Of a stretch of 64,000 nucleotides of DNA, positions 58,811 through 64,000 are shown piece by piece. Position 1 is the first letter of the stretch. Each line of letters opens with the position of its first letter. Made by a program: the position numbers and the translations under genes. Under the pieces are notes generated by a model. It had not been told where the DNA came from. It worked only from the letters and a program-made list of their open reading frames with translations, and ran no database searches. The stretch is from positions 82,893-146,892 of the forward strand of contig NIVC01001902.1 in assembly GCA_002269645.1 (NCBI GenBank), read 5' to 3'. This stretch comes from Macrostomum lignano (taxonomy: Eukaryota).

Positions 58811-60126
58811 GCCAGGTTTTGTGCAGGTGGTGTTTCGTCGTAAGTTGCTTTTGCTGCGTCGAAATTTGAGCACATATTTATACAAGATTTAGCCTAGTGG
58901 GGCTCCCCCCAATCCAGCCACAATGAATTTTTACTCCATCATCCGTATCAAAAAATAATAATGATAGAAATCTGGGCTATAACTGTGACGAAGTCGGATC
59001 CTTGTGAATGCTTCTATTTTGCACAAAATAAAATCGATGCTTTCGCATCAATAATATGATGGAAGGAAAAAATTCATTTTCAGCAGTCTGAGCGGAAGAC
59101 TCAGAATTGGGAGCGTAGCCAGGATTTTTGCCTCGAAGCCGTGTCTTCGAGGGCGGCAGCAGGGGTGCGCCGACCGAATTTTTAGTACCGTTTTTCGAGG
59201 GAGCGCATGGACAGACAGGCTGGCTTTGTAAATGACGAGTAATCTAAAGTTTTATTGTACTATTTGTTTTGGTTTCAAGTTTCGGGGAGCCGTGTAAGGC
59301 CCTCCCCTTTTGCTAGCCACTCTACATGTAATAAAACTTCGTAGTCATTTTTATACTTTTCCTACTGCTGCTTAACTTTGTTGTGTTTTGTACTGAGCAC
59401 CGGTAATTTGTTAGTATAAACTGCTATATATTTAGCTATACTTAGCTAATTTGAAATCGCCTAAGACTCGGTTCCATCAGAAATCCGCTAGACAAATACT
59501 AACAGCGACCGATACCGAAGGCCAAGGAGGGTCTTACAGGCGGCGACATCGGATTGTGGGAACAGGGGCACAGGGCAACACTAGGTCCCTTACATACATT
59601 CTATTGATGACATCAGCTAATTGTCGCCAAAGCCCAAATGTAACATTTACTTAAAATTGTTTTTGCATTTTGAGCTTGTAAGTTTTTGTGTTGCGAAAAA
59701 ATCGATGGGTATCAAATTTTTAGCTTACATTATATTATGAACAGTTCCGGCTCAAATCGTCATAGGCGGGTTACGAGAAACACAATTGAATATCTAAATC
59801 GTCATCGTCTTGATCTAATGCTGAATTCACTAACTCGTCATATTGTACTGTTGCATTGGCTGCGCAAGGATATCTCTTAGGTCACTGAATTTTGAGCACT
59901 AATATGTAAATGCTTACAGCCTAATTTACATGTAACTTTGTTTAAGTTGCACATAAATGTACACGTAGCAAATTCTGAAGGTTGCTTGGAGAAGGAATTT
60001 CCAGCAATAGTGTGTAATGGAATGTGCAAAGTACTGTATCAAAGCCTATTATATTTCTTATTTTTTCGTATTTCTTATTCTTACGAAAGAATACATAGGA
60101 AGAAATTCTTATATTCATATTTCTTC

Positions 60127-60600
60127 GTTCGATCCGGGCCGTCGTCCAGTCCGAAGCGCTGCCCGACCGCCAGAGGGCTCGGCTGTGGCAGGCGGTGGTC
60201 GAAACCGTCCTGCTCTACAACGCCGAGACGTGGACGCTGACGGCTACGCTGGATCGTGGCAGCTTGACTCGGCGCACTCAGGGTTGCTCCGTGCGGCCTT
60301 TCAAGCTGACGAGAGCGTCGGGACCGAGGCCCTGCACGATCGGGCCAAGCTGCAGCGCCCGTCCATCATCCTGCGCCGGCGGCGACTTCAACTGGCGGGC
60401 CACGTGATCCGGGCCGAGAGCTACTGCCGCCAACCTGTTCAGGACGTTCTGCTGCTCACCTTGCAGGGTCCGCTCAGGCGGGGTCAGGCCCAAACCCGTC
60501 GATACGTGGACTGCCTGCTGTGCAACGCTGGGGCGCCCGACACTGCCAACGGGCGGACTTCGTCCGCTCTCAGGCTCTGGGGCGCGCCATCTGACGCGCC
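60127..60600 (+). mobile_element. 5'-truncated RTE-like non-LTR retrotransposon, C-terminal fragment
   Basis: VETVLLYNAETWTLT...RRRRLQLAGHVIR...RGQ motifs typical of RTE-group ORF ends; one frameshift. Confidence 0.85.
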
Positions 60601-61599
60601 CTGCTCTAACTGTGGCCTTTGCTTACAGGGCTGCGTACTTTGTTGTTGTTTTGTTGTTAAGATAAAAAATAATAACCGTCTTTTGAAGTTAAAGTTTTCA
60701 GTTTTATCGGAGCCGAGACTCCCTCAAGTGATTTCTATCGATTTACATGTACGCCACGAAGTTTCGACTGCACGGACTCTGAAAGTTTTTCTCGCAAATC
60801 GACTTGATCAATTTAAACAATGTTCTGAATGAAATCAGCACGTACCACATATGTAATTCACACATATACGAGAGCTGCAATGCATCCTGTATAGGAGGAA
60901 AAGACTGTCGGCAAATCGTATCCCGCAGGATCAAGCTTTGTCAAGCAAGATCCAAGCAAGATCCACTTAAGTACTGTATAGTTACGTCTTACTTGAGTAG
61001 TCAATTGGCTTTCGTCTGACCGGGCCCTGGACACCGAAAAGTGTTTTTTCTTCAAAAATGCAGATTCATATTTCCAGATTTGCTTTGCTAAACACTTTAC
61101 GTATAGAGCACATGTTTTAGCACTATAATTAAAACATACTTCCGGTTTTCTTTAAATGTCTGGTGTTTTGCGGTAATAGTGTGCCATCTCATCCTCAGTA
61201 TGTAAGGGTGTCTTTATGTGCATGTATTCAACTTATACTGTATCCCTGCAACACTGTAACAAAAGCATACTAATTTTGAAAATCCTAGATGTTGTGTAGC
61301 TCAAATGTGAATGTACATTGGCTATGTACATTCGTCTTATTCTCATCCAATATAGTATTTCTTTTTTTTCTAGTGTACATCTTTTTAGTGTACATCTGAC
61401 TAACAAATATATATTCATCGACACTTGCCAATTTCGGGGCACTAAGCTTTTCGTAGCCTACCATCTAAACAACCTACGTATAATAACATAGCGTCGCAAG
61501 ACTAAACTTTACACTGCAATTATTTATGAATTGAGGCCGTCTGAGCCAATGGTTTTTGACACTACATGTAATAGGGCAGACAACTAGAGAAGGTGGAGC

Positions 61600-64000
61600 A
61601 CTGCATTTGATTTTTTACATGAAAGCTACTAGGAGGACCAGCAAAAATGACGAAGTAAAAATTGCTACGCGCCTGACAGCCCTAGGACCAGATGGGAAAG
61701 ATGTCTACGGCACGTTTCCTACTGCAGAAGTGAAAAAGTACGAGGATTTGAGCAAGACATTTGATGACTACTGTCAGCCTCTATCCAGCGAGACATTTGA
61801 ACGCTATCAGCTGCGCACCATAATTCAAGGAGAAGCGGAGGACTTCGACCAGTTCGTGGGTTCTCTACGCCAGCTCGTGAAGCGCTGCAACTACAGTGAA
61901 CCAGACAACAACGAAACCATCGAGAACAGCATCCTCCGAGATCATGTCGTCATCGGCGTCAGCGACCCAGCTCTGCGTGAAAGATTTCTACGGGGATCAA
62001 AGCTGACTCTGGACCGTGCAATTCAGATGGGACGAGCATCAGAGACGTCCAAGAGACAGGCGCGGGCCCTTGTCTCAACACATACTAGCCGAGCGGCACC
62101 TGCGCCAGTACCTGTGACCGTCGACGCCCTGCAAGGCCGGGCCAAGGCACCAGCAGACCCAGCCAAGATACCTCGCAACTGCGGCCTCGGCGGGCAGCAG
62201 CATGAGCGGCGCAAGTGCTCGGTATTCGGCAAAACTTGCAACGCCTGCGGTCGTGCAAACCACTTCTCATCTGTGTGCCGGTCCACCAAAAAGGTCAACG
62301 AGCTGGTTGAGGATGACGAGAACAACGCTTCTGACCAAGGCCCAGCAGCAGCCGTCGTGAGCGTAGAGAAGCCCGGAACTCGGCGAGTCAAGGTGCAATC
62401 CGACAACTTGGCGATGATGGTGAGCTTGACAGTTATGGACTCCGGCAAGAAGCTGCAGTTCAAAGTGGACACTGGAGCATACGTCAACGTGATACCTCTG
62501 AGACAGCTGATTCAATTGGAGCCAACATTGAGCAGTCAGCATTGAGCCAACATCCTGGACGCTCACCACTTACAACAAGCAGCTGCTGGTCACATACCTG
62601 ACGGTGTCATCACCCTGCAAGAAGGACATCAGGCTGCAGTACATGTACGTGGTCATCGGCGAGAACTCCACACCGATCATTGCCTGGAAGTCAGCCATCG
62701 AGGAGTTGCAGCTCATCAAGAAACAGTTTTCCGTGCAGCAGAGTCAGAGCTCCTTTAGCAAGGTGAAGACGCAGCGTCCTTCAGACCTCAAGGCTGCCCA
62801 GCTGAGGGCTAGCTACCTGAGGCGTTAAACGGCGTTGGCTGTACGAAGCAACCGTATACTATTCAGCTTGCCGACAACGCAGTGCCAAAAGTACAGCCAC
62901 CTCGTAAGTTTCGTTTACCGCAAATCAACCTCTGAAGTGTGAGTTGGAGCGGCTAGAGAAGGAGGGAACCATCGTCCGGGTCGATGAGCCAACGCAGTGG
63001 GTCTCAAACGTCGCCATCGTGTGGAAGAAAGACGCGCCAATGCGGCTGTGCCTTGATCCGACCTACCTTAACAAGTTCATCGTCTGCGAGTATCATCCGA
63101 TTCTGACTGCAAAAGAAGTCCAGGCAGCCACAACCGGAGCCGTGTTGTGCTGCTTCATCGACGCCAACGAGAGATTCCACCAACTCAAGCTGGATGATGA
63201 GAGCTCCTTCATGACCACCTTTCACACAATATTTGGCCGGTACCGCTGGAAGAGCGTTTCCTACGGTCTCTCGTCGATCCCAGAGGTCTTTCAAAAGCAA
63301 TGGAACAGGACGTCACCAACGATGTTAAAAACTCCAAGAACTTCTTCAACGACATCATCGTGTTGGGCTGGACACCTGAGGAGCACGACCAAGCTGGTCG
63401 AGAGCTGATGGAACAGTGCCAAAAAGCTAACGTGACCTTGAAACCCTCGAAGATGAAAGTCGGTGTCCAAGAGCTCAACTACCTCGGTGATGTTCTCAGC
63501 TCGGATGGACTGTGAGCGGATCCAATGAAAGTCAAAGCCATCAAAAATGGCCAGGGCGGATGATCTAGCAGGCACTACCGCGAAGAAGGAGCAGCGGCGG
63601 CGATTTTTTGGCTGTGTCACTTATTTGGCCGAGTTCTACCCTCATCTGTCGGCTACTGCGGAACCACTGCGTCATTTGCAAACGAAGGATGTCATCTGGA
63701 GCTGGACGCATCAGCTAAACGAGGTCTATGACGCCATAATCACAGCTCTGTTCAAGCCGAGTCCTGGCTACGTTTGACGCTACAAAGTCGGTCACCGTAT
63801 CTGTGGACGCCAGCAAGAGCGGCATCGGCGCTGTTCTCCTCAAAGAAGAACTCCCTGTGGAATTTGCATCTTCGGCTATGACAAGAGCTCAGCAAGCCTA
63901 CGCGCAGATGGAAAAATAGCTGTTGGCAATTGTGTACGGCTGCAAAAAGTTCCATCACTACATCTGGGCCGCACTGTCTATGTTCAGAGGCTCAGAGCGA
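61600..64000 (+). mobile_element. Ty3/Gypsy LTR retrotransposon gag-pol, degenerate, truncated by window end
   Basis: Gag ERY...LRDHVVIG...LTLDRAI; zinc knuckle CNACGRANHFSSVC; protease FKVDTGA; RT LCLDPTYLN...FGRYRW; RNase H DASKSGIGAVL...YAQMEK; multiple stops and frameshifts. Confidence 0.93.

Noticed and set aside
61400-61600. 5' LTR and primer-binding site of the Gypsy element
   Set aside because: There is no clear TG...CA boundary or tRNA-complementary PBS, and the second LTR is outside the window.

Overview
Eukaryotic (metazoan) genomic DNA: GC-rich spliced exons separated by AT-rich spacers, about 25 distinct micro/minisatellite arrays and nested transposons. The style resembles the free-living flatworm Macrostomum, but that is inference only. 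Supported genes are: one Ig-domain exon (-, DSCAM-like); a divergent spliced MATH-BTB-BACK (SPOP-architecture) gene (-) about 1.2 kb downstream of a 69-aa MOZART2/MZT2-like gene (-); a 3-exon SMARCE1/BAF57-like HMG gene (+); a giant single-exon very large inducible GTPase (GVIN/VLIG family, ~1763 aa, +), preceded by a second G-domain-only copy; and a secreted PAN-like + LamG/ConA-like protein (-). Mobile elements are: a complete P-superfamily THAP transposon with perfect 116-bp TIRs, a 9-bp flanking direct repeat and a decayed intron-containing transposase; a Sola2-like non-autonomous element carrying nested MITEs; hAT and MULE-like MITEs; a LOA/R1-like LINE relic whose RT region is replaced by a Gypsy integrase fragment; an RTE-like 3' fragment; and a degenerate Gypsy gag-pol running off the window end. 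Most long ORFs in the supplied track are artefacts of tandem repeats. Domain calls come from motif recognition by eye, not database searches.
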